A stretch of DNA of 64,000 bases. Source: Raillietiella orientalis (taxonomy: Eukaryota). Location: assembly GCA_036172245.1 (NCBI GenBank), contig JAYWIR010000028.1:2790001-2854000 (forward strand). The letters run 5' to 3'. Under the pieces are notes generated by a model. It was not told where the DNA came from. It saw only the letters and a list, made by a program, of their open reading frames with translations, and ran no database searches. How positions within the stretch are numbered: position 1 is the first letter of the stretch; every line of letters starts with the position of its first letter. Of the stretch, positions 23,934 through 43,690 are shown one piece after another. The translations under genes and the position numbers were made by a program.

Positions 23934-26900
23934 CTGGACTCCGTCTCCACGTCCTCATTTCCTACTCGAGCGTCCCCCACTGTGATAACGAACCCGTGGT
24001 GCAGGAGAAGCCACCGCACTCTAGTCCTCCGCCTGCAGAAATCAAGAATTCTAATTTTTGCGTTTCGCGCCTCCCGTTCCTTACGTTCCGGAGGGCACAC
24101 ACCCTCCTCCTCCTCCTTCTTTCTTTCCCATTCCTCTCTCTCCTTTCCCCGCCCGAATTCCCCCAACGCTCCGTGGAATGCTACGGAGAAACACGAGGGA
24201 GGAGGGTGCAGTTGGATGCGTGCACTGCTGGGTGTCGGGGATCTACGCAGGGAGGGGTGGTGTTGGCAAAGTTTTCCGATGACCACTCGGCTTGCTGCTG
24301 TTGGGAGGAGTCTTCAACCACTCGTGAGCCCAGCTCGCGAAAGGGACTTCCAGGTTCAAGCGTGAAAGAGAGGGGAGGACACAGCGATCGGTGGTTTGTT
24401 TCCTCACGTCAATGGGTGGTCCAGTCTCTCTCTCGAAGGATATCCCGTTTTCTTCCCTCACCCCGCGTTTGTGCCTTCTGGATCCGAGGAGGGGACCAGT
24501 TCTTGCTCTCTTCTTTATTCTCCCGGTCTCTGCTCGATCCTCCGCGCCGTCACCACTCGAGAGACCAAGAAGTCCGCTTGGATGCCCACGGTTCTTTCTT
24601 GGATGTCCATTAAGCGTCAGCTCGTCCCGGAGAAGAGGAAGAGGATCAGGGTGGATCCTGATAAGTCACATGCGTCTGCATCTTTCCTGAGTGGAAAACA
24701 TCCCTCACGGATCGGATAACACCGCAGGGGCACCTTGAAAGGCGTTGCGGGGAGGCGACCTCCCGGAGGTCCGCGCTTCCTCAAGGAGCACCGCCAACCT
24801 TGATTTTACTCTGGGCGCTCTGTTAACAGCAGCTTGCTGCATCTTCAGCAACGCAGGGAAGAGAGTGTCTCTCCTGCTCTTGCGTTTGGAGCTCTGATGG
24901 GCCAGGGGTCGACCTAGAATCTGGATGCCCTCACGCATCCAATCTAATGGAAGCCAGCTGAAGATGAAGCACATTTCTATGCCGTCGTGGCTCAATACAG
25001 AAAAAATCCCCGACGAGTTTTGGCTCCCTCTCCTGAGTTCCGGGGGGGAGGGGGGTGCAGAGGAAATTTCAAGGCATTTCGGATACATTTCTTTGCCTTT
25101 TTGCTTCCTCAGAATCATCAACTGTGACGTGCCGGGTCACAGTGTTAGCAAGGAATGACTCTCGGAGCATTCAAACCTTCCAAGGTCAAAAATGCATAGG
25201 GACCTTCCGCAAACACGAGCACAGCGAACGAAACACCGTGCACAGTAGCATCTGAAACTGCCCACAATCAGGATGGCAGGTGCCTTGTTCCAAAGACAGG
25301 CCGTAGAAGATGCAGTTTCCAGATTCTCTTTCGGCCTTCAATTGAGCCCGCAACATTGATAGCAGCTGCATTTCATTTCCTTTTTTTTTCCTTTTTTTTT
25401 TTTTAAAAAAAAAAAAATCCAGTCTTGCGTTCTTGTGGTTTGACAGGGATCCGTGTGATGCCAATCTCACACTGCAGATGCTCTTCGATTCAGAGGATGA
25501 TAGAAACTCTTCGTGTCTTTCGCTGTCAGCATTGGTATACGGATCGCTACAGTGGTGGTCACCTGCTAGCTGGCTGCCGGCCTCCCTTCCATCCATTTGT
25601 TATAAAAGAGCTACGCTTTTGAAACCACATATAAGTTTATTTCTTGTTTTTTTTTTTTTTTTCTTCTTTCAATACTGCAATGCAGTTTGCGAAGCCTCCA
25701 CTGAATGCCGGGGATCGGAATGGCCACGGATCGGCGGAACGGTTTCCTAGGAATGTTGCAGTCGAAGGATTCGCATGGGATCTGTTCGATCTGAGGCGTT
25801 CACTGGCAAATAAGTTTTATGGTAACTAAGCTCTGAGAATTAGGCGATTTGACATTTGCATACGTCCCATTTGCCTATTTTGTTTAGTTGCTGAAATTTC
25901 GTGCTCATCTATCGAAGTTTTCTGTTCGTCAACTAAATGTTCCATCTTCCTATCCACCGCTCATCCTTCCATGTTGACGTCTACTTTGAGATTCAAGCTT
26001 CGAATTAAATCACAATTACCCGGTGATAACCGAACAGTGACGAATCTTCGCGACGGCATTTTTCCCTCACAAAATTACCACGAGATTCCCGGAAAGGTTT
26101 TCAAGTAAGCTCCGTAAGTGCTGATGACTGAAGGAGTGCGTACGAAACACTGAACACTCTCACGCTGCCATTTCTTGTTGACTGAACGCTGTTGCACCTT
26201 TGAGATGTTTTGGAGGGAGAATTCCTGCAAGTGATGAACGACTTGTTTGATCTCGAACGGGAAGACTCGTGCCTGGGGCACGAGACCAGGTTCGCCTAGC
26301 CGAGAGGCATTCCGGACGGTAGCTGAGAGATGCTGAAGAAAACGGGAGAGAAAGTCGTCCGTGCGGATGGCTAAATTATTTATGAATTTCATGCTAAAAC
26401 CGAGTCGCAAAAACCAATTTTGTCCCTCATGAAATGGCGGACCAAATGAACGGCATCGCACGGAACTTGTTTTCCGTTCGAATCCACGATCTTTCCAAGA
26501 AAATAATCGATTTCGTCTTCTGACGATTTAAACAATTTACACAGTCACACAGGAAAATTTTTCTTTGACGCTGATATGCAATGCATCGAGTGTCGAGCGA
26601 ATCGCTTCTAAATGAGGGATTTATGGGGGAAAACTATTTCATTTTTAGAGAGCCTATCCCAGTAATTTCTGAAATCAGGGAACCATTATGAATGAATCTG
26701 AGTGGCAAATGAATTATAAACTGAAAACCCCATGTAGGAGTCATGCGACTAGAATGGCATTTTTCTGAGGTTCCATTTTTTTCGAAATCCGTCGATCGGC
26801 AAGAGCAACCAGTGGTCAGCTTACGTGCCCACTGCCTTGACTCTTCCCCATGAGACTTCATCTTTTCAATTAAGGCTTTCAATATCCTAGGAAAATAAGA

Positions 26901-27531
26901 GGATGATTATCCTGGGAGATAAACTTTGGAAAACAGCTGCATAGGCGTCCCCTACAAGAAGCATAAGCCCATCTTATCTTCGAAAATGATTCTCCAAAAG
27001 AGCACACTCTGAACCTGCAAAGAGAAAACAACAGCTGCGTGAAATGTTATTCAACGGCATTGGAATGATCGTCCCAACGAGTTCTCTTCGATACAAGCTT
27101 GACATTTTTGGTTATATACATATACATATGATATATTTAGAACGCCTGGATAATTAGTATTTCATTTTGATTATAAAGAAAGATTTGAATTGGCAATTGC
27201 TAATTTTATATACATATATATATCATGACATATAATTAAAACCTAAATTGTATTTCTATCGTTGCACTTCCATCATTATCGATTGATGTACAAATCTCTC
27301 AAGAATCCATCCTTTGTTCTAAACGAAATGTTCTTATTAAACTATTTCCTTATTTTTATGCCGATTTCAAAGAATTTCAATACAATCGATACAAAAATAC
27401 TTCCAAGAACAAAATCCATATCTCTCTTATATGGCTCTCTAATGATAGATAAAGAAGAAATCAATCGCTCGATTCAAAACTTGAATTTGATCTTATTTAA
27501 AAAAGCTCGCTTGCATTCATAAGCAAGGTCA

Positions 27532-27545
27532 AATAAAAGTTTATT
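27532..27545. terminator. Back-to-back polyadenylation signals: AATAAA on + (27532-27537) and AATAAA on - (27545-27540)
   Basis: Sequence AATAAAagTTTATT in an AT-rich segment between BicDR (+) and a candidate - strand gene. It would give BicDR a 3' UTR of about 3.6 kb. Confidence 0.45.
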
Positions 27546-27863
27546 CAATCAAAATGCCGTATTTTGCTAGGATTCGTTTTGCGATATTCAATTTCACATT
27601 TCTCTTTTCATTCTCTGAAATCTCCTTCCTTTGCGAAGGGACTCAGAGGCATGATCAATATCATCAATCCCTTTGATACTCCTAACTTAGTATAGATCTT
27701 GTTTTTTTTTTTTTGCTTTCTTCCTTTCGCTGATGCCAAGGATAGTTCACAATAGTATGGATTCCTTGAGGCCTTCTTTTTTCTTTTTCTCTCTGTTTGT
27801 GTGTTTATATATGAATTCTCCTCAGGATCCTGAACAAATCCAGGAACTACCCGATGAATCCAC

Positions 27864-28256
27864 TTATTCGATTAGTGACTTGCATGATAGTATCCTTTTC
27901 ATTTCAGCATAGGACGGCAAGCTGAGTATGTATAGAGAGATGTACAATATTTTTCTTACCTACGAGCTTTGTGCACCTTCCGTCGATTTGAAGAAGACAA
28001 TCCTGACGGCCACGTAGATTCTCTGTCTATATGAGGCCCAACACTCCATTCCACGAAGCTTACTTCTGTGGTTTCTGTGAGTCATTCATTCACTTCTTCG
28101 GATTTTAGGATGCATGGAATTTCAAATTGTTCCGGATGTCTTTAAGCCCAAGAAAGAAATGAATATGTATTTTGTTCTCCTTACATACTGCACTCGAGAT
28201 TCTAAACCATGCGGGAAACCTTCATCCCATTCGTTCTCCATCCTTAGATCATCCAT
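27864..28256 (-). CDS. Candidate small spliced protein-coding gene, divergent from Pin1; internal structure ambiguous
   Basis: Exon 28256-28189 (MDDLRMENEWDEGFPHGLESRVQ), a typical 49-nt GT-AG intron (28188-28140), then HPEQFEIPCILKSEE. Strong downstream donors gtaagc (28063) and gtaaga (27959). The ending is either TENLRGRQDCLLQIDGRCTKLVACRPMLK* or, after a frame change, ESTWPSGLSSSNRRKVHKARSLPSYAEMKRILSCKSLIE*. Further upstream exon-like sequence lies at 28765-28947. Confidence 0.4.
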
Positions 28257-29126
28257 TTCATTTAAGAGCCTTCTAGAGTCATTTTGTTACAGCATACCGA
28301 GGAATGGTCGTTACGAGCACAGAAGAATGGGATAATAACTTCTTTAACAATATGTAAAAAATAACACATGAAAGGATAAACCTGATCGTGGCAGTAAAAG
28401 TCCAGATTATGAATTTTTTGGATTAGCAGTATTTCGAGAAGGAAAACATCTACTGTTAATGGAAAACTTATTTTGAATACAAAATATGTAATTTGGAAAA
28501 AGTCGATGAAATTCCAGCTTAGGTGAAAGTATGCATTTGAATGCATTGCCAACACTATTGGAACAATCATAATAATAAAAAAACAAGAATCAGTAAGATC
28601 AACCGATTATAGATCACATGTGGGCATTATGCAAGACGTCTGTTAAATTCAATGATTTTAGTTTGCTTCAAACTTTACAGAAAATTCCAAAAACAAAAAC
28701 GAATACATGGCTCAGGAAAATTACTTTCGAAATAATGTTCTAGAAATGGGTTTATTCATACTACATATTTTCCATCCTGATGAGCATCCATTGTCTTTAT
28801 ATGGCAGATGTCAACAAGCATTTGAAGCAATGGAGGCATTTTATTTAAAGCAGTTGATGCAGATTCTTCATGCACATGTATGGTGAGGTATGTTGGCAAC
28901 ACTGCATGATCGTAAGTCGGTACCAGTTTGTTGAAAGTTCGGATGAACTGGAGTGTAAACATAGGAAAACAAATTTTGATTAAGTGTACTTTATGTGTTT
29001 TCGTTTTTCTAATTAATTTGTGTCTTTAATAGCATGGCCAACAGTTTACGTTAATGACATTTCATTCAAACTGAGATTTACTGAAAAGTCTATTGATCTG
29101 CTAACTGGTATAAATTGGAATCTATC

Positions 29127-29953
29127 ATGGAAAATGAAGAAACTTTGCCAGCCGGGTGGGAGAAGAGGACAAGCAGATCCACAGGTTGTTTGTTCGATTT
29201 TTTCGGTGGAATGGTTCGATAATTGTGTGGAACTGTCAGTTATGAAGAATTTGTCTGTTGAGTAAAATTAGTTGTCTTGGTTAACGTTGTAACGAATTTT
29301 GTGTAATACTGCAAGTATGTTGCATCCAAGTAAGCGGGAAAGTATATGGTTATTCCGTGTAATGGAAGTAAATTATATAGCCAGGATTATTGACCTGTCA
29401 GCTTTTCATAACAAATTTGGACTGCTTTCATAACATAAACATAGTCTCTTTAATGCTTTTCCTATAATTTATGCCATATTGCATTTTAGGACAGAATTAT
29501 TTTCTAAATCTTTTGACAAAGGAAAGCCAGTGGGAGCGTCCTACCAAACCAGCCGAATACAACTATGGGCCAGAACGCGTGCAGTGCAGTCATTTGCTTG
29601 TGAAGCATAAAGATTCACGAAATCCGTCATCTTGGAAAGAACCTGTAATCACACGCACTAAGGAAGAAGCTCTTATTCTTTTAAAAAGTGGTCTAACGAA
29701 ATTATTTGTACCCTTTATCATTGCATTTTTAGGTTATTGGGACAAAATCAAATCTGGGCAAGCAACCTTTGAGGAGCTTTCCACAGTGCATTCTGATTGT
29801 AGCTCTGCACGACACGGTGGTGACCTGGGATGGTTTGGACGAGGTGCTATGCAGAAACCTTTCGAAGAAGCGTCCTTCAAGTTGAAAGTGGGAGAAATGA
29901 GTGAACCTGTCATAACAGATTCTGGAGTACATATCATTTTGCGTACAGGATGA
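29127..29953 (+). CDS. Pin1: Peptidyl-prolyl cis-trans isomerase Pin1/dodo (WW + parvulin domains), 3 exons
   Basis: Exons 29127-29184, 29490-29687, 29733-29953(TGA). WW domain [31 protein letters not shown]; parvulin domain [19 protein letters not shown]...[53 protein letters not shown]. Confidence 0.97.
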
Positions 29954-29980
29954 GCACATGCTAAACAACATGCATATTTA

Positions 29981-32900
29981 TTAGTGTAAATTCCATTGGA
30001 AAGGTTGGGCTGCAGCTTTGGAACGTCGTAGTCGTACTGGGAAAGGTTTCAGGCATGGAGCATCAGTAGATTTAGTGCACTGTCTATTAGCATGATTGTT
30101 ACAAAAATGATTTTTGTGTTTGGAAATCTGCTTGGCTGATGATGTTAAGGAGCTGTATAAATTACATTTAGCTAGGTGATATAAATGGCTGGTGATTCCT
30201 GGCTTGAAAAATCTTTGATTGCTGGCTGTGCTTCCTTCGGCTGGATTGCATAGAATCATGTGTTTACAAGAACGAGAATGGGAGCTGTTAATGCTGCCGC
30301 TGCTGCTGCTGTTGCATTTACTATGAGTATTTGTAAAAGAAAAATCCTTGGAAGAACAGCAGCTGCTGTTTTCATCCGATGATGAGCTCAGAGTTGCTTT
30401 GTTTTGAAATGGATTGTTTTTGGCCTCCATTTTCTGATGCTGTAATACAGCACAGTTAGTATGCGCGAGCCCCACCACGTCCGTTGCAGCTCACCTCACT
30501 GCTGCTGCTGCTGCACGAATCCTGCTTTTGCATCTGGTGGAACAGTTCACAGAATTGGCGTATTTTGTCCTGGGTTATTTTTTGTGACCGAGATTTCTCC
30601 GATGTGTTCCGCTTACGTGCAATTCCTCTATCTGGATTTCCATGTGATGAATATAGGTCTGCAAGTGTGCGTTTCGTTCTTCCAGTTCCGACACCCTCGC
30701 CTCCTTTCCGTTACATCCATCGCTCGCGCTTCCTCCGCCGTGCATCTCCGGATCTGTCTTCACCACCGGTGAATGGAGCTTTCAGCTTTCGGTTCGGATT
30801 TTACCTGAACGCATTTGTCCCGAGGGGTTGCGAGCCGGCTGGCCGGTGCTTTGGCTTGCTGCAGAACCAACTTTCGAAGAGATTCCTGTTCGCGGTCCCG
30901 GTCGGTCACCGTCGCCTCGAGTCTCTCGATCACGTTCTTCAGTTGGCTTTTTTCCACTACTCTGAAAGGGTAAAGGGGCTTAGCGGAACGCATTTAACAT
31001 CTCCCGGCGGGGGTTTCATTTGAACGGTCATGTGGACGGACGTCTTACTGTTGGGACAGAGAACATTTCAAACGATCCACTTCCGCTTGGTTTACCACGC
31101 AAGAACAGTGTTCCTTTTTCAGCACCGATAACTGATTTTCCAACCTCTGGACCTGACGGAGGCGTGGCTTTAGGCATAACCGAGCTCGGCAACATACTTG
31201 GTGGGTCTGCCCGGCCAAGAGATCTTGAAGAATGCGCCTTTGCTCGCATTCGTTCACAAATTTTTCTTCATACAGATTTTTCTGTTCCTCGCTGATTTTG
31301 AGTTGCGTTTGCAATTCGTTGATGAAGACGCGCAGTTCTTGCAGCCTCTCTTTTTCGTGCGCGGGCGGGCCGTCATTCTTCAGCTTCAAGTCTTCCACTT
31401 CCTTGGTGAGTGCTTTCACGAGCTCGGCGTTCTCCCGCAGCGCTTCTTCCTTGCCCTGCGCTTTACCGTCGGCAACGCCCGCTGTTGGTCCGCCCGCTTA
31501 CTTGCAACAGGGTTGCCAAGTCGCATTTCGCTTTGTCCTCCGTCGAGTGCAGACCTTCCTGGTGCTTTGCGTCTTGCTTCGTTTCACTTGCACCCAGCGA
31601 ACGCGAGGACTGCAAACTGCTGAACCTCTTCAACATCTGTTCTTTTTCTTGCTCCAGGCGCGTTTGCTTCTCCGCGTGCATTCTGTTTTGAAAACTGGGT
31701 ATGGAAATTACCGGTGACTCGATTTTACTGTATTTGTGCGTGGAGGTCTGTCATTTCTTTCTGGAGGCTGCATATCTGTTCATGCTTTAACAGCATACTG
31801 GATTTCTTCTTCGTGGAACGAGGATTGTGAGGTTTATCCACATCCAAACTGTGCTGCGAAACTGTACTTAATTTTCGATGTGGCTGGCTTCTGTTAAGAT
31901 CTGTGAACTTACACGTCTCCGATTCTGGATTCTAAAATTAATTCAGGACTTTAAAATTCAAATGACCGATGTGAATTCATTGTGAGCAAAACGTACTTTA
32001 TTAGGTGTACGCACAATGCTGAAAAGATAATTCCAAGAAAGGTATGTGAGGTTTCCATAGGAGCACAAGCCGAAATACAAGACGCAGTCGAGTTGCAGCG
32101 TCCATAACCGACCCAGAGGGGTCCGCAAGTCCATGCTGCGACCGAATAAACTTTGGGCGAGCAGCCCCAGTCCACGCCTTCACCAAACGTGGACTGTTAT
32201 AATGCAAAGCAATCTTTGAATTTCATCAGTGTATCTCGGGTAACGTGGGAGGAGACGTACGGATACGAAGGCAACCGCAGTGTTTTAGCCAAGAGAAAAT
32301 CCTGCATAGGAGAAGACGACGAAGAATTTCAGCATCTTCCCGCAAGCCTACCGCCTTCCTGGCGCTTCTTGGATTCCTAAAAACGAAGGATTGCAAGGGT
32401 TCTGTACGCAGGGTAGGAGCAACGCCAGGAACTCGGTTCCATGTGAAAAAGAAGAAGGAAAATGGCGTGTTCTGCACCCCCCGCTCGGAGGGAAAAGAGT
32501 CTGCCGAATTGCATATGCATTTCAAATGTTGAGGCTTTTGTCTTCATTGAGCGGGTCGACTATCATGACATTTGAATTTTGATGACCGGCCCCTATTGCT
32601 CCAAAGTCCTTCTTGGGAACTGAAGCAACACTCAACACATGAGCTCCATAAGATTTCAAATATCACGAAAGTAACTCCAGTTCCATTTTTTTTTTTTTTT
32701 TCAAGACAAAATGAAAAGAAATTATTTATTGTAATGAACTCGAGGTACAGTTAATTCCCTAGAAAAATGTTCTCAACATTTCTGTGAAGCATAAAGCGCT
32801 TTTCCCTTAAGTGGTAAACAGTGGAAGCAATGGTTTCATAGTGCACGATATCTGGGGGGGGGGGGGAGGGCAAGAAAAAAAAACTTACTCTTTCCTCCAC

Positions 32901-34102
32901 ATACAAAACATCGCGCTGGGTGTTTTTTCCTGCCGTCTTCCTCATCCCAGGCCTTGCATTTTCATATCTCAATACATAAAAACAGTGTTAATGAGAAGCT
33001 TTCCTGCGATCGTTCACTTTGGCAATTTCGTACATCTTCTGCAGGGATCAAGCTGCTGCATTCACCACGATTTCGGTGAGCTTTCTCCCTCTCCGTACGG
33101 CTACTTTGCCTCTCATTTCAGAAAACCGTACGTACTGAGATTCCCAGACGCTCCCCGACAGTTACGTTAGCGACGTCCTCTCCTTCGGCCGCATTTCTTA
33201 GGCAGCGCGGCACAAAGAACAAACGCATTTACTTCCCCATCGCGAAACGGACCGTCTTTGTGCCACTCGACAGGAAGTTTTCGACGACCGCCATCGGATG
33301 AGCGTACTCATTCCGACTGTGCTCAGCCCGTGGTGGCAGAAGGACCGAGAGGTCGACCGACCATTTCAAGCCGTTTCAACTCGCGCTGTCACTCCCCGTT
33401 TCTTCCGGTTGCTGTTGTGAAAGCGACGACGGACGGAAGGCAGCGGTCGCGAGGTGCAAAAGAGTTATCTTCAAATACCTCCAAGAAAATTCATTGCACG
33501 GATGAAAGGCTGAACGGATTTCTCGAGGTGTTTCTCCGACGTGATGCATATCGCACGGATCCCCGGAAATGTTGGGTTGGCGCACGGGCGCGCCGCTGCA
33601 ATGCCCGCAGGCACGCTGCTTTTCGCATCCGTGTGACCACACCGGGCTGTTGCTGTTGTTAATCGTTTGCTTTTGTGGACCTGGTATCGGGCTAGACGCA
33701 TTGGGAAACAGTTGACCATCGGAAACGCAAAGCAGGCAGCTTTGGGAGTCCGACGGCTCGTCATACCCACCTTTGCATCTGAGGAAGGGGAACTTTCTTG
33801 CTACAGACAGTTCACGTCACTCGACATAACAAAATCAATCGATATCATACCACGAGAGCAACTGTCCTGCACGGCATGGATGCGACTTTGCTTACCGGAA
33901 TAGCACTTAAAAAAACAGACAGAGTTAGACCCAAATGAAACGCGCACACACTTTTAATTAGAATTCCGTGTAATCTCACCTCCAAGCAACAGTTGTCGGC
34001 CGGACGGAGAATGCTCGTCTCCCCCACACTGCGCGCCAACTTTCTCAGCTGGATGACCTCGTGAATGAGCACGTCCAGTTCGTCACTTCCTCTTTTATCC
34101 AT
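29981..34102 (-). CDS. Unidentified coiled-coil protein with Ser/Cys/His-rich C-terminus, many small exons
   Basis: Well-supported phase-consistent exons: 31931-31913, 31861-31729, 31682-31502, 31455-31198, 31152-31049, 30961-30805, 30757-30617, 30569-30495, 30439-29981(TAA). Heptad segments include EKERLQELRVFINELQTQLKISEEQKNLYEEKF, QLKNVIERLEATVTDRDREQESLRKLV and EARVSELEERNAHLQTYIHHMEIQIEELH. Likely first exon 34102-33980 (MDKRGSDELDVLIHEVIQLRKLARSVGETSILRPADNCCLE|gtgag). Exons between 33.9 and 32.0 kb are not resolved, so linkage of the 5' exon is inference. Confidence 0.7.
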
Positions 34103-34207
34103 GGCTGACAAGAAAACTCCGTTCGAAACGGACAGAGAGTTTATTTGCAACAGAACGAGTTGCTAACAATAGTCAAAAATGACGCCAACTCGATACGCTT
34201 CCGGACT

Positions 34208-34213
34208 TTTATT
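34208..34213 (-). terminator. Candidate PRRC2 polyadenylation signal AATAAA (second copy at 34145-34140)
   Basis: TTTATT on + about 215 nt past the PRRC2 stop codon. Confidence 0.45.
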
Positions 34214-34428
34214 AACTGTAGCGATCGGGATGAAACAATAACAAAAATGGCTCCTTTTTTTATGTTATGCACTGAGTAAATTTTAAAGGAAAGTTATCAG
34301 TCCACTTCGATACACTTTCACATTCCGTGTGCGGGTTTCCGACTTGCTTAACTGTAACATAGTACTCTGTAAGAACACAAGGGGCGCATTGGTATTTGCA
34401 TCCATGTTACATTTGCCAAGATCAAAGT

Positions 34429-42507
<8,079 letters not shown>

Positions 42508-43479
42508 GCTGTACACTGGAACTCATTTAGAAAAACAATCGTCAAAACAGGCAGTAACCTAGAAAGGAAGCAAGTTTTCATTCATTGAACTGCTTTAAAG
42601 AGGGATTAAGAAAATTTGTACATTCAGAGCAATAATCCAGATTTTCAATGCAGCTGAAAATAATCTGAACAATGAATGTAAATAACGCAGCACATAACAA
42701 TACTCAGATGAATGCACAACTGCTTTACATATTTGTTGCTCATCACATTCAAAACACACATATATGAAGTCCCGGAAATAAGTCAATAATCTATACTAAG
42801 CTACATAATTACTTCGGAAAATATAATTTCCGCAAAGTTCCACAATTTAAAATGGCTTACTAGATTAAGAGTAAACATAGATAGCAACGCTTTCATACTT
42901 TTATGCAGAAAATTATGCCCTTCGATAAAAAACACACTACAAGTAAACAAAAAATTTGCCCAAAGCTTCCAGGACACAACAACCATCAAAGGATTCTTGG
43001 TTCTATTCGTACTCGCATACAGCGATTCAACACGGACTCATTTTCTTTCAAAACCACACGCTCTACTCATGCATGGAGTCTTTGCGCGAGGATTCGGTAC
43101 ACACACCACGCGGGGACTAACAGCGTATCCTGTAAATCGGCACGAACACTTTTGCATTTTTCAAGATACGAATTTGGGTGTCTATTAACGTGAACTTTGA
43201 AACAAAACACTGATTTTTACGCTGAGTGAAATCGGCAGAGTCACAGCCACATCACATGATATTCTCAACTGTCTTCATCCGACCTTACGCTGATACAAAT
43301 AAATATCACATCCCAATCGTTACATTTAAGTCCTCTTATATATATATTTTTTCATTCTGTGATACAGAACGTACATACAATACGGATTTATATTTTTATT
43401 AATGCCCTCGAGAAACTTCATCTGCTGTCACGATTTGCATAATTAAGAGCCAACAAAGATGTATTTTAACAAAACTTAC

Positions 43480-43690
43480 ACAAACGTTGCACATGTAATT
43501 CACAACACAACACAATTTCAGTTCTTCACTCAAATATTTTTAAGCTATAATACAATACACACAGAATAACGTGCGGAGAAGATGGCGTATGCTTAGAAGA
43601 AATCGATCTTGACGTCACTTCCTATCATTTGAGTAGTTTAACCGGCTAAACATTCGTTTGATATTTATGTACGCTGATCGTCCCGATACG
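43480..43690. promoter_or_regulatory. Probable bidirectional promoter with outward-facing non-coding first exons (PRRC2 on -, unknown transcript on +)
   Basis: YY1-type AAGATGGCG (43579-43587); CRE palindrome TGACGTCA (43610-43617) overlapping ETS core CACTTCCT (43616-43623); - strand donor gtaagt near 43479 matching the acceptor at 42559 just upstream of the PRRC2 ATG; + strand donor gtaagc at 43690. Confidence 0.55.

Noticed and set aside
26470..26490. GTTCGAATCC T-loop-like motif (possible tRNA)
   Set aside because: No acceptor, D or anticodon stems could be formed around it.
34081..34091. CGTCACTTCCT identical to the motif at 43613-43623
   Set aside because: Lies within the first codons of the coiled-coil gene; a single 11-mer match cannot be separated from chance.
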